Part shown: in pieces, positions 29,261 to 38,818 of the stretch
Numbering within the stretch: the stretch's first letter is position 1
Layout of the letters: each line of letters starts with the position of its first letter
Virus record (IMG/VR): IMGVR_UViG_3300021440_000014
Coordinates: 96,001-160,000 of that record
Direction: 5' to 3' (one strand)
DNA: 64,000 bases
From: a virus
The notes under the pieces: model-generated
Databases searched by the model: none
Seen by the model: the letters and a program-made list of their open reading frames with translations, nothing else
Told to the model about the DNA's origin: nothing
Translations under genes and position numbers: made by a program

Positions 29261-29899
29261 TTAATCTATATATTTGTTAGAGTTTTCGGACACTTTTTCT
29301 GGATCTATTCCTAGCAAAAATTGAGTTAAACAACCATTGCAAGCGTAGTAACCTTGATTCGCGTATTTAAACATTCTTCTAAGGCTTGCGACCGGATAAG
29401 TAATTTTATTGACAACTATTCTTTTGTTAGCAATATCCCATAGCGCGAAATCTGAACAGTAAAATTCCTCGCCATCTGTTGCTAGTTGACAAAGTGTAAA
29501 ATCGAAAGAATCCAGCAGCGATTCAACTTTATCGTAATATTGAATACTTATTAATTGATAAATAATACCTTCATAAAGGATACTTCCATCTTCCGCTAAA
29601 ATATCAACAACGAGTTTAAGATTGAACTCATTTTTAGTTTCTGACTTTATCTTAATATTCTTATCAGATTTAATTCCTACATAAAATTCATCGAACTTCT
29701 CTTTAGATCTGAAGAAAAAATCAAAATCTGAATCCATTTTAGCACCAGTAATCATACGTCTGAGTGCTCCTCCCGCTAACCAACCATATTCTTTAATTTC
29801 TGGAGTATAAGCCGTCATTACATCATTAAACAGATTAAATCCTTTTGTAGCTGTATTTACCCTTGTTTGTATAAAATTGCCTAATTTAAATGTTTGCAT
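29261..29899 (-). CDS. nucleotidyltransferase, CCA-adding/polyA polymerase head-like
   Basis: AGGALR, DFDFF, FDFT, RxxKYxxxGY. Confidence 0.75.
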   Translation of the reverse strand: MQTFKLGNFIQTRVNTATKGFNLFNDVMTAYTPEIKEYGWLAGGALRRMITGAKMDSDFDFFFRSKEKFDEFYVGIKSDKNIKIKSETKNEFNLKLVVDILAEDGSILYEGIIYQLISIQYYDKVESLLDSFDFTLCQLATDGEEFYCSDFALWDIANKRIVVNKITYPVASLRRMFKYANQGYYACNGCLTQFLLGIDPEKVSENSNKYID

Positions 29900-30076
29900 A
29901 ATTTTATCTTTTGATTTCGAAATCTTTGTTACAAATAGAGCATTTTATCACGTATTTTCCTCCGTATTCAACCTGAATGGGAGTATGGTGTCTGCAATGC
30001 CTCGACTTACAGTAAGCCTCGCTTACACCTGTAACATCGCATAAAAATTTTAAAAAATTCCAAATAATATTCATGA

Positions 30077-30568
30077 TTAGCTTAAGTCCTGTTCTCTGGC
30101 GCAGATTAAAACTCGAATTCCTGAATTTTCAAAAACCTCTTGAATCATCGTATTAACGATATTCCAGTTTCCTCCCGCCAAACCACATTGAAATTTATAA
30201 GGAATACCTAGCGTTTTACATCCATTAAATTTTACGCCAAAACTATTCCGAACGGCCTCAAGGACTCTGTATGTCGCTTCATAATTACAGGCGCGAATGT
30301 CAGTTCGCGGCTCAAACTGACAGTAACCATTTACCACATATTTGATTTTACATGGAGAATAGTTTGGCTTGGTTATTCTGGCAAAAGAATAAGTTCCTAA
30401 TTTCTTTCTGTCGCCTGATTTAGTCGCTTCATCGGCAATAATCGCTTCTGGCAAAAGCTTCCTTATCTGCCCCGCAATGCCAGAATACATTGCATTGCAG
30501 CAATTAGCTCCATGAAGCAAGACATCTATATTCTGCTCAAAAATATCACCCGTAATAAGTTTTATCAT
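30077..30568 (-). CDS. macrodomain ADP-ribose-binding/hydrolase protein
   Basis: GDIF, HGANC..xMxSGIA, GLAGGNW. Confidence 0.85.
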   Translation of the reverse strand: MIKLITGDIFEQNIDVLLHGANCCNAMYSGIAGQIRKLLPEAIIADEATKSGDRKKLGTYSFARITKPNYSPCKIKYVVNGYCQFEPRTDIRACNYEATYRVLEAVRNSFGVKFNGCKTLGIPYKFQCGLAGGNWNIVNTMIQEVFENSGIRVLICAREQDLS

Positions 30569-30625
30569 AAAAAAATCGTAGTATTTTTATCTACTACGAT
30601 TATGTTACTCTTTCTTTTTCCAAAA

Positions 30626-31252
30626 TCAAGCCTTTTTAGTATAAATAAACGGAGTCCAATCTTTGTGCCTTATTTCTTCTGGAATAAAGCACAAAACAGG
30701 AGACGGCTCTTTTGGTTGCTTAATCAAATTAAGGCCGACTTCATGATTAAACTTGTCGCCTTTTTTTGAATTAATGTTTTTGTCAGCGAGAACAACGTTA
30801 GTCCAAGTATCTTTTCCCCCCTTCGATTTAGGGACCACATGATCCAAGTTGCCCGTTGACTTTGTTAGTTTTTTACCAGTATATTGGCAGACTCCTCCGT
30901 CTCTCTCCCAAATTGCCTGAGCGGTAAATCTCTTCACCTTCTTAGGCACTTTGCTAAAGTTAACGGCAATTAAAACCGTAGGAACTCTAATAGTTCTTTT
31001 TGAGGTATTAATAGACAAGTCCCCTTCGCGCACTGGAAGGTCTATCCACTTATCAAAAGTCAAAGGCTCGGCAAAAACAAGCTCATTTGGATCTTCTTTA
31101 GAAAACTCAATATTCAATGCGAGCATTGGCGGTGAGCCTTCCTCTCCGCTACCACCACACATTGCTATCAATGCGTCTTTGACAGACTTTTGGCCGATTG
31201 CCTCCCAATGAGAGTTAAGCACCAAAACTATTTTGGCGTCAATTATGTTCAT
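30626..31252 (-). CDS. HNH endonuclease (McrA-like)
   Basis: VLVLN, RDxxxCQYTG, DHVVPKSKGG..W.NVV...N..K. Confidence 0.85.
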   Translation of the reverse strand: MNIIDAKIVLVLNSHWEAIGQKSVKDALIAMCGGSGEEGSPPMLALNIEFSKEDPNELVFAEPLTFDKWIDLPVREGDLSINTSKRTIRVPTVLIAVNFSKVPKKVKRFTAQAIWERDGGVCQYTGKKLTKSTGNLDHVVPKSKGGKDTWTNVVLADKNINSKKGDKFNHEVGLNLIKQPKEPSPVLCFIPEEIRHKDWTPFIYTKKA

Positions 31253-31259
31253 TCTTCTT

Positions 31260-31637
31260 TTATACTACATTTTTAAAAGAAGTCAATAATTTCTCAATAT
31301 TATACTTGCCTATTACGTTCATGCTATGAACATGGCATTCTGGAAGTTTAAATTTATTTTCCTTGCAAAATTCAATTAAAAATTCTGCGCAATGATATCC
31401 GGTTTCTTTATCTATCTTAGAGTAGTCAAAACCTTTAAAGGAACTATTAGCATATATCTCATAGTGAGACGGAGTTAAATCATGATCAAATGAAACTATG
31501 CTCGGCAGTCCCGCCTTCTTTATTGTTTTTTTGAAGTCTTCATAATTTCTAACAATTACCCAATCAACTGGAGGAAGATCTAGCCATTTAACGTCGCTCG
31601 GTTTTCTTACGTCGTCTAAAAATAGATTGTATTTCAT
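31260..31637 (-). CDS. cyclic-phosphate-processing receiver-domain protein
   Basis: LFLDDxR, SFDHDL, TGY, HSxNxxG. Confidence 0.8.
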   Translation of the reverse strand: MKYNLFLDDVRKPSDVKWLDLPPVDWVIVRNYEDFKKTIKKAGLPSIVSFDHDLTPSHYEIYANSSFKGFDYSKIDKETGYHCAEFLIEFCKENKFKLPECHVHSMNVIGKYNIEKLLTSFKNVV

Positions 31638-31809
31638 TTTTTCTTTAGCGTCTTTTTGCCCTTACAGGCTGGGCATTCAGTTTTTTCGGCTACGATGAAT
31701 CCGGTTCCGTTGCAATAAGAACATTTTTCGCTCCAATTTATTTCAGAGTAGTTATCTCTAAAATTCTTTGAGAAATTATTTCTGGGCCTAGAACCTTTTC
31801 CATTCATAA

Positions 31810-32634
31810 TTAAACAACAGATCTACCGGATTCTTTCCAAGAAGAGTCTGAATCTACCTCATTGTTTCTATCTATTGCAGATTTTATTATGTATGATTTC
31901 ATGGAAACTTGCTCCATTTGATTCAACATAGAACTCATATCCTTTGGGAAGCATGTTCCGCCAAAACCAAATTTTCCTTTATTACCCGGAACTTTCGTAT
32001 GGCTCGCCCCTATTCGGCTATCTTTGACTACAGCTTCAATTACTGAGTTATAATTAAGATACGTCTTTTGACAGAATTCATAAATTTCATTAAAAAATGA
32101 AACTTTTGTGGCTAAAAAGCAGTTTCTTGTTAGTTTTACAAGTTCGGCCTCAGAAGAAGTAAGAAAAGAGATTAGATTACTATCTATCTTGGACGCATCA
32201 AAAGCTAAATTAATAAGTTGTTTTATCTCCTTTTCGTCTTTCTCATTTTTAGCCCCAATAATCCAATTTTGAGTATTTTTGAAGTCATTTTTCCAATTAG
32301 CTTCCGTAAGGAACTCAGGGAAAAAAGATACGTTTTTGCTGCTACAGAAACCTACAGGAACAGTAGATCTTACAAAGACAGAGCCTTTATAATTTAGCGA
32401 CTTTAATGCCTCTATCGCATTAGAAACAATATCAACATGGCATTTTCCATCGCTTGACATTGGAGTCGGCAAACAAATGAAAACCACTTCGCATTCAAGT
32501 AGATCCAAAAGTGATGAAACCCCTTTTGAGCACTTTTCTTTATTTCTATCATAAATTAATACCTCTACGCTAGGACATTCAAATAATGCTGTCGCTCCAC
32601 CCACAAAGCCATTTCCCACGATTCCTATTTTCAT
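31810..32634 (-). CDS. UDP-glucose/GDP-mannose 6-dehydrogenase family
   Basis: GxGFVG, CLPTP, RSTVP, PEFL, FGGTCFPKD. Confidence 0.9.
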   Translation of the reverse strand: MKIGIVGNGFVGGATALFECPSVEVLIYDRNKEKCSKGVSSLLDLLECEVVFICLPTPMSSDGKCHVDIVSNAIEALKSLNYKGSVFVRSTVPVGFCSSKNVSFFPEFLTEANWKNDFKNTQNWIIGAKNEKDEKEIKQLINLAFDASKIDSNLISFLTSSEAELVKLTRNCFLATKVSFFNEIYEFCQKTYLNYNSVIEAVVKDSRIGASHTKVPGNKGKFGFGGTCFPKDMSSMLNQMEQVSMKSYIIKSAIDRNNEVDSDSSWKESGRSVV

Positions 32635-32676
32635 TATATATTATTATATTGAATCCTTATGGAAAATCAAGTTTTT

Positions 32677-33942
32677 TCAAGGACTATTTACTAAAATAGT
32701 ATTGCTACTGTCTGACTCAAGAGAATTTAATGCTTTTATTTTAATGTAATAAAAAGTCTCTTCTGGATTAAAAACGCTAAAAGCTGCATTTTGCCACGGA
32801 TACTTTAAAAAAGATACAGAAGTAAACTTTGCGTAAGTTTTATTACTTGCATAGAGTGTCGCACCATCTATTTCGCTAATAGGTATGACATTATTCGATA
32901 TTGAGTTTAATACGAATGATATGGAAATAGGCTGTGGCGGGAGCGGAATTGGCATAGTTAATGTAGCGGCTACTATGTCAGCGTAATCGCTAAAATTACC
33001 ATTTACATCTTTAGCTCTTACTTTGTAATAGTAAAAAGTATTAGCAAGAAGAGAGGGATCGGTATAGTCTGAGTTAGCCGTAAAAGCTAATACAGAATAA
33101 GATAGTCCATTATTCACGCTTCTGCTTATCTCGTAGCCAGCAACACCTTCATTATCTGTGCTATTATCCCATTTTAAACTTACTGAGTTAGTCGTTGATG
33201 AAATAACAAAGTTAACAGGCAAAGTAGGTGGGACCGTCTCTGGAGCCACTAATGGAGTAGAATAGTCTGACGTTATCTTGGCTGAAGTTATAACTTCATC
33301 ATAGACTCTCATTTCATCTATAAAACCTTTAAAAAACCCATAGGGACCGGCACCATCATCACCAATTAAAAATGGATTAGGCTTACTTACAAAAGATGTC
33401 GCCACGGCTACTGTTTTAGCAAGAGTAGAATTAACATAGAACCTTACATTGGAGCCATCATGAGTAACAGTTAAATGTGTCCAAGCTGCTGTCGTTATTT
33501 TTGGCCCATTACAGATGAAAGCAGAGGAAGAATTGGCTATGTAAAATACTATCCCTCCTGAATAATGAATCACAGCGTATTGATACCAAGGATACGCACC
33601 CGTTGTATTAAAAGCCTTAGAGATTATAGTTCTTCCATTACTCGAAGAATCGTCTGGTTTAAGCCACGCAGAAAATGTAAATTTTTCTGTGCTTGAGATA
33701 TCCAATGAGGAACTATTTGGAATGCTTAAAGAAGAGGTTCCATTAAAATAAATGGCATTGCCGAACTTTCCGCTACTCCATACTGTTGAACCAGTTTTTA
33801 GAGTAGCATCATTTTTGAATGGTGAAACATCTTTGGCTATAAGCCCAGAATTTTCATTAAAACTTAATCCTAAAACAAGCCCAGCTTTTGAGCTAAAAAC
33901 GCAAAATACACATACAAATAAAATTAATAACATCTTTTTCAT
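32677..33942 (-). CDS. LamG-like + fibronectin type III exported/virion protein
   Basis: GKFGNA, FSAW, WTH, IDEMRVY; FN3 WDxSTDNxGV...YYYKVRAKD; ATG at 33942 after GTGTAA motif. Confidence 0.8.
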   Translation of the reverse strand: MKKMLLILFVCVFCVFSSKAGLVLGLSFNENSGLIAKDVSPFKNDATLKTGSTVWSSGKFGNAIYFNGTSSLSIPNSSSLDISSTEKFTFSAWLKPDDSSSNGRTIISKAFNTTGAYPWYQYAVIHYSGGIVFYIANSSSAFICNGPKITTAAWTHLTVTHDGSNVRFYVNSTLAKTVAVATSFVSKPNPFLIGDDGAGPYGFFKGFIDEMRVYDEVITSAKITSDYSTPLVAPETVPPTLPVNFVISSTTNSVSLKWDNSTDNEGVAGYEISRSVNNGLSYSVLAFTANSDYTDPSLLANTFYYYKVRAKDVNGNFSDYADIVAATLTMPIPLPPQPISISFVLNSISNNVIPISEIDGATLYASNKTYAKFTSVSFLKYPWQNAAFSVFNPEETFYYIKIKALNSLESDSSNTILVNSP

Positions 33943-33982
33943 ATCAGTATTTACACGGAAGAATAATTTGGGAGACACGAAA

Positions 33983-34015
33983 AGACCCAAGTTTTTTAAG
34001 GGACTCTTGGGTCTT
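33983..34015 (-). terminator. intrinsic terminator
   Basis: AGACCCAAG/CTTGGGTCT + T-run. Confidence 0.65.
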
Positions 34016-34141
34016 TCTGAGGAATTTCGCTTCCTCCGCTAGTCAGTAACACATCAGTTAATTCAATAACCTACTCGGTTGTCTAACAAAGAGTTTTTGT
34101 TGAACTCTATTTAATAGATAATGTCCCTAAAATAATATACA

Positions 34142-34645
34142 CTATATCTTTCTAACTTTCAAGAACTTTTCAATAGGTATCAAATCTTTGATCTCTACAT
34201 TAAAACAATCTGCCTTAAATCTCCAGCCTAATCTTGACTTTGAATCAACTTCACCCTCTTTGCAAAACCTAGCTTTTTGAAAGAATAATTTCCTAGAAAT
34301 TGCGCCTAAAATCCAAGCCTTCTTCATTTCGTCATGGACTCTTACAAAGACGTAATAATCACAGTCCTGCTTTGCGTTTGCGGCTGAAACAGAACATTCA
34401 TATTCTTTCTTTGGGGGACTTGAGCAACTTTTCGTTTTTATCTCTAATTTTGTATCATTCTTTACTAGATCAAAGTCAAAGCTGTGGATTTTTTTAGCTT
34501 TTAAATAGTCTGAAACAATAATTTCACCAATCATTCCATAGACGTTGCCTTTCCCTCTCAAAATAGAGTTGCGCAATGGACGAATTTTCTTGGCTTGTAA
34601 CTGCGCTTTTCTTTTTACAGAATAAGGAACGTCTACTTCTATCAT
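34142..34645 (-). CDS. PD-(D/E)xK-like nuclease
   Basis: G.IGE, D..EIKT, DYYVF. Confidence 0.6.
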   Translation of the reverse strand: MIEVDVPYSVKRKAQLQAKKIRPLRNSILRGKGNVYGMIGEIIVSDYLKAKKIHSFDFDLVKNDTKLEIKTKSCSSPPKKEYECSVSAANAKQDCDYYVFVRVHDEMKKAWILGAISRKLFFQKARFCKEGEVDSKSRLGWRFKADCFNVEIKDLIPIEKFLKVRKI

Positions 34646-34648
34646 ATA

Positions 34649-35677
34649 TTATGAACGTATGCCATTATACAGTAGATCTTTCCAAATAGTCAAACTTTTT
34701 TCGTTGTATTTCTTTAAATTTATTTCATTTAAATACTGAAGATTAATATTATCACCGTAATAAGCAGTCTCTAGTTTAGCTATTATATCCTTGGATGAGG
34801 TAGGATGAGCTTGAAACCAAGAATGTATCCATTCGATTTCCTTTGAGCCGACAAGGGGAATGCCATGATTAACGAAATCAGCGGCAACAATATTAAACGT
34901 CTCAGTAAAAGAGCACTGCATTCCTATATCCATCCCTGCCACTACGTTAAGAAATTCAGGATGATTCATCCATTCGTGTTCTACTAGCTTATGATCCGTA
35001 TCTTTAAATAAATTCCTTAAGTTTTTCAAAATCGATTCTCCTTGATTTTCGAATCTTGAAGAATTTATATGAAATTTTAACTTCTTATGAATTTTTTCTG
35101 CAAATAAGATAGCTGAAACAGCCTGCTCAAGCTGATTTTTCAAAGGTCTTAATGCGCCAAAACACGCTATATTTACAAAGCCCTTTTCTTTGAAACTTAT
35201 AGGTTTTTCTGCTTTTTTAGCATTATAAACGTTTGGAGTATAATATACTTCAGATTTTATAAGATTATTTAGCTCCCAATTCAAAAGCTTACTATTGCAG
35301 GATATATGAAAATTCTTATTCTCTTTGGATATTTTATCGTATTCTTTTATCCATTCAAGCGCAACTCCTTCGTGCGCCAAAAATGGAGTATTACTATGTA
35401 TCCTTACAAACCATTGGACTTTTTCATATCTAGATATGTCAAGTAACTCTCTAATCTTATCTGGAGTTACCCAAATAGCTTCTAGGAATACATGGGTAGG
35501 CTTGTAGTCATAGACTTCCTTATCTATAGAGTTTCCATCAACTACCTCTACTATCTTAGACTCTACTCTAATCTTATTGAATGCCCTTACTAAAAAATCG
35601 CATGAATTGACTAATCCATAACTTATTCCGTAATTTACTCTTTTCCTGATTAAAAACAATACTTTTGGTTTATCCAT
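34649..35677 (-). CDS. GT-B (family 4-like) glycosyltransferase
   Basis: GALRPLKN, SFTETFNIVAAD, GIPLV. Confidence 0.8.
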   Translation of the reverse strand: MDKPKVLFLIRKRVNYGISYGLVNSCDFLVRAFNKIRVESKIVEVVDGNSIDKEVYDYKPTHVFLEAIWVTPDKIRELLDISRYEKVQWFVRIHSNTPFLAHEGVALEWIKEYDKISKENKNFHISCNSKLLNWELNNLIKSEVYYTPNVYNAKKAEKPISFKEKGFVNIACFGALRPLKNQLEQAVSAILFAEKIHKKLKFHINSSRFENQGESILKNLRNLFKDTDHKLVEHEWMNHPEFLNVVAGMDIGMQCSFTETFNIVAADFVNHGIPLVGSKEIEWIHSWFQAHPTSSKDIIAKLETAYYGDNINLQYLNEINLKKYNEKSLTIWKDLLYNGIRS

Positions 35678-35682
35678 AAACT

Positions 35683-35910
35683 TTAAAAATAATTAGTGCC
35701 AGTAAACATCTGCGCGGGCAGATATCCAGATCTTATAATAGACGTAGCTTTTTTAGCTAGAAGTCTTTGGTTTGCGAACTTAGAGCCGGAAATTTTCCAC
35801 TGCCCCGTGTAAGTATATCCCTCTAATTCAAACTTATCCAAATCCAAACCTGAAGTAGGAAGTTGGTTGAGTCTTACTGCGTAATCTGAAACATTACCTG
35901 AGATATACAT
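35683..35910 (-). CDS. hypothetical protein
   Basis: 75 aa, GTGTAA motif upstream. Confidence 0.65.
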   Translation of the reverse strand: MYISGNVSDYAVRLNQLPTSGLDLDKFELEGYTYTGQWKISGSKFANQRLLAKKATSIIRSGYLPAQMFTGTNYF

Positions 35911-35975
35911 AATCTAACTTATTTTACACGGATAAACAAAAAAACCCCAAGGTTTTTAGCCTTGAGGTTATTATT

Positions 35976-36560
35976 TTAAACTGTGCAAATTATTTTATCA
36001 TGCTGCAAAAATGAAAGTGTTAATTCTCTCATTGGTTTAAAAAACTCCATCATTTGATCCCGAGAAAAACCATTTTTAGCGTAATTGACAGAAAGGCAAA
36101 CGAATTCTACGTTACCTTCTATATATCCTTTATTAGCATCTATTCTGTCTAAACTCGCTTTGATAGGATTACCTTTTATATGATGCCCTTGGGTGTTTTT
36201 AGGTATCTCCATCTTCTTATAGGTATAAGGACATATACCTTTTTGAGCTTCCCAAACTTTTTTTAAATAATCTACAGTTAGATTTGTCGGTCCATAGTTT
36301 CTAATTCTTTCTTTTGAGTTTGCTTTATTGACATAATACCGAAAAGAACTAAATTCGTCCTGCCTATTATTTGCTTTTAAATATTTAACATTTCCAGAGT
36401 TAGGATGTTCTTTATTCCTTTTAGTTGCGACACAACTCCTAGAACACGCAATGCTGTATTTATTTTTTTGGCCACGCTTATACTCTTTTAAAAGTCTATT
36501 AAAAATTTTCCCGCAAGTTTCGCATTTAAGCTCCACAAATTGTTTAGCGTTTTTTCTCAT
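35976..36560 (-). CDS. HNH-family homing endonuclease
   Basis: CxxC...CSxxC, QKGICPYT, SLDRIDxxKGYIEGNV; ATG at 36560 (longer start overlaps the tmRNA). Confidence 0.8.
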   Translation of the reverse strand: MRKNAKQFVELKCETCGKIFNRLLKEYKRGQKNKYSIACSRSCVATKRNKEHPNSGNVKYLKANNRQDEFSSFRYYVNKANSKERIRNYGPTNLTVDYLKKVWEAQKGICPYTYKKMEIPKNTQGHHIKGNPIKASLDRIDANKGYIEGNVEFVCLSVNYAKNGFSRDQMMEFFKPMRELTLSFLQHDKIICTV

Positions 36561-36599
36561 ACTTGAGATTACACTAAAACGGTGGAAGTGAGAAGAAAT

Positions 36600-37038
36600 T
36601 GGTGGAAGTGAGGGAAGTCGAATCCCTGTCTCTAACAATCAACTACTTACGTTTACATGCTTATATCAGTTTAATTTTCTGTAACAAAAACTGATCAAAT
36701 TTTATTACAGAGTTTACTATTTAGCCTTTAGTTAAGAAACAAGTAACTTACTTGCTAAAAGTCCTGAAAATTCGCAACTTGACCTATCAGGAGTCAATCG
36801 AGTTGCGGGTAACAGCGATTAGGCTGCTACGGCTTGGTTAAAATCAACTGCTTCAACATTTCCCAAATATGAATCTGGGTTATTGAAGATCTCTTCGGCT
36901 TGCGCCAAGAGAGCATTGATTTCTGCATCATTTTCGTCAGCATTTATTTTTTGATTACATATTTATAGACGCCAAGCAATCTTCGTCTGCATGTAGTATT
37001 AATAGACCAATTTTTAGATCGATACCATTTACACTCCC
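36600..37038 (-). ncRNA. ssrA: tmRNA with 40-codon tag ADENDAEINALLAQAEEIFNNPDSYLGNVEAVDFNQAVAA
   Basis: Acceptor GGGAGTG/CACTTCC-ACCA with G3-U70, T loop TTCGACT, ATAAAT-GCT resume context at 36941, tag ends AA-TAA at 36819. Confidence 0.9.
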
Positions 37039-37048
37039 AAAATTTAAA

Positions 37049-37272
37049 TAGCGCGGCAGGATTTAATACCTGCAAGAGACTGTAAGATAATGGGGTATAA
37101 CCGCCAACCCATCTACCATGAGAGAACCGTTACTACGCTGTATATTTATATACTGACCGGCTTGGAGTCGCGTAACTGGCCTATCATTCCACTCCTTATG
37201 GGAGTAGCCAGTTTTGTTCTTCGTCTCAATGTCTCATACGTATCGCATTGCGTCTTATTCCGCCACGCGCTA
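37049..37272 (-). ncRNA. tRNA-Leu-like shell RNA with large insert (224 nt)
   Basis: TAGCGCG/CGCGCTA, TGGCGGAATAAGACGC, GCAGG-TATTAAAT-CCTGC. Confidence 0.65.
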
Positions 37273-37285
37273 TAGGGCAACGGTT

Positions 37286-37504
37286 TTAATCGCCGCCTCC
37301 ACCACTGGCATTAGCCAGAAACTCTTTTCTTACAAACAATTCAAAACATTTTTCATTACAGAAATTTTTATAAATTTTTATATATTGAGATTCTCGACAG
37401 CATTCACAGAATTTACCTTTTGTATATACTAAAGATACTGAAGTCTCTTCAAGGTTTGTGGTGCAATCGTTTTTGCATCCATCACATTTAACTATTTTAA
37501 ACAT
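37286..37504 (-). CDS. hypothetical Cys-rich protein
   Basis: CxxC, CxCC, FCxxxC. Confidence 0.6.
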   Translation of the reverse strand: MFKIVKCDGCKNDCTTNLEETSVSLVYTKGKFCECCRESQYIKIYKNFCNEKCFELFVRKEFLANASGGGGD

Positions 37505-37535
37505 ATTTAAAATATCCCGAATTCTAACGCCCGCC

Positions 37536-37829
37536 TCAATCAATCAACCTATTCCTTAATCGAAGGATAGGATGATAAAACCTTACCATAATTACATAAA
37601 TAAAACAAGTAAGAAAACATGCTATTAAATACTTTAAATCTTCTAAAACTTTCTTCAAACTGTCTCTATTAACCTGCTCTCTCTCAAAACAGCAAAAATT
37701 CTTGATTTGAATATTATACCATACGTTATTTTTCCTAACGTGTATCGTTTCGTGATCCTTTCTTAGGAAAGGGAAATCATAAACTTCATACCATTCATTC
37801 CAGTATTTATTATATCCTTTTAATTTCAT
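37536..37829 (-). CDS. hypothetical protein
   Basis: 97-aa ORF. Confidence 0.6.
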   Translation of the reverse strand: MKLKGYNKYWNEWYEVYDFPFLRKDHETIHVRKNNVWYNIQIKNFCCFEREQVNRDSLKKVLEDLKYLIACFLTCFIYVIMVRFYHPILRLRNRLID

Positions 37830-38058
37830 TATTAGTTAAATTTTTAAAAACCCCGAGATTAACTACAGGGTCAACTACATCCTCCATTGGAGGATAAGAT
37901 AAATTATTTCTTATAAACTTTTAAATAAAATTCATTTGGATGTTTTTCTTTATAACAATTAAAGCATAAAGGGTAAAAATATTCATCATTTTTACATAAA
38001 TTAGAATCACACTCAAAACATCTATCGCTAATCAATCTAATTAATTTTAGAAAAAACA

Positions 38059-38421
38059 TCATAATTTTTTTACTGAATAATAATCCCAAGCACTTAATCC
38101 AGAATCGCTAATATATACCTTTTCAAAATCATTATATTTATAATAAGAATAAGTATTTTTCTTTAGATAGTTCATTTTTTCCGGCATAACCCTAACATAT
38201 CTTTTCCTATTAGAAAGAGATACTTTTAAACCCATTAAAATTAAATTTTTCCAACTATCAGTACTTAATATGTTATTTAAATGATGCTCGGATTTGACTT
38301 CTTCTAGATCCTCTATTCCTAACATTAACCTTTTAGGTTGGCGACTTAGAGGATTTCTCCTATGGAATTCGTCTATTTTAGATGTTATTTTATCTAATAT
38401 TTTCATGCTATTAAGAGGCAA
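38059..38421 (-). CDS. hypothetical protein, paralog of 38411..38689
   Basis: Shared RLxxGxED, LGL/MGL, RKRYxR. Confidence 0.65.
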   Translation of the reverse strand: MPLNSMKILDKITSKIDEFHRRNPLSRQPKRLMLGIEDLEEVKSEHHLNNILSTDSWKNLILMGLKVSLSNRKRYVRVMPEKMNYLKKNTYSYYKYNDFEKVYISDSGLSAWDYYSVKKL

Positions 38422-38689
38422 TATATTTTTTACTAAATTTATGATATTTAGTATTTTTTGATATAATCCTAATATACCTTTTTCTTCTACTGACTGTAAT
38501 TTCTAATCCAAGAAAAATTATTTTACCATTAAAATGCTCCCTCAAAGAGGAGCCTCCATTATCTAATTCTAGTTTTAGATCTGAAAAATCTTCGCATCCT
38601 ATAATTAATCTTTCTGCTTTTATGCAACGCCAAGGCTTAGTCGAATTAAATTTATGAATTCTTTTTGTAATTTCAGATCTTATATTCAT
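38411..38689 (-). CDS. hypothetical protein, paralog of 38059..38421
   Basis: Same motifs as neighbour. Confidence 0.65.
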   Translation of the reverse strand: MNIRSEITKRIHKFNSTKPWRCIKAERLIIGCEDFSDLKLELDNGGSSLREHFNGKIIFLGLEITVSRRKRYIRIISKNTKYHKFSKKYIAS

Positions 38690-38818
38690 TTTTATATTAA
38701 ATCCCGAATTCTAACGCATCGGGCGGCGTTATTAGAGTCACCCCATCCTCTAACAGGCTACTTACAGGTTTACTTTCCTCTGCACATAGCTTAACGCTAC
38801 TAAGCGTTGAGGTAAAAT

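Noticed and set aside
37049-37272. Group I intron in a tRNA-Leu
   Set aside because: Insert is short, and no P7 core or reconstitutable anticodon loop could be identified by eye.
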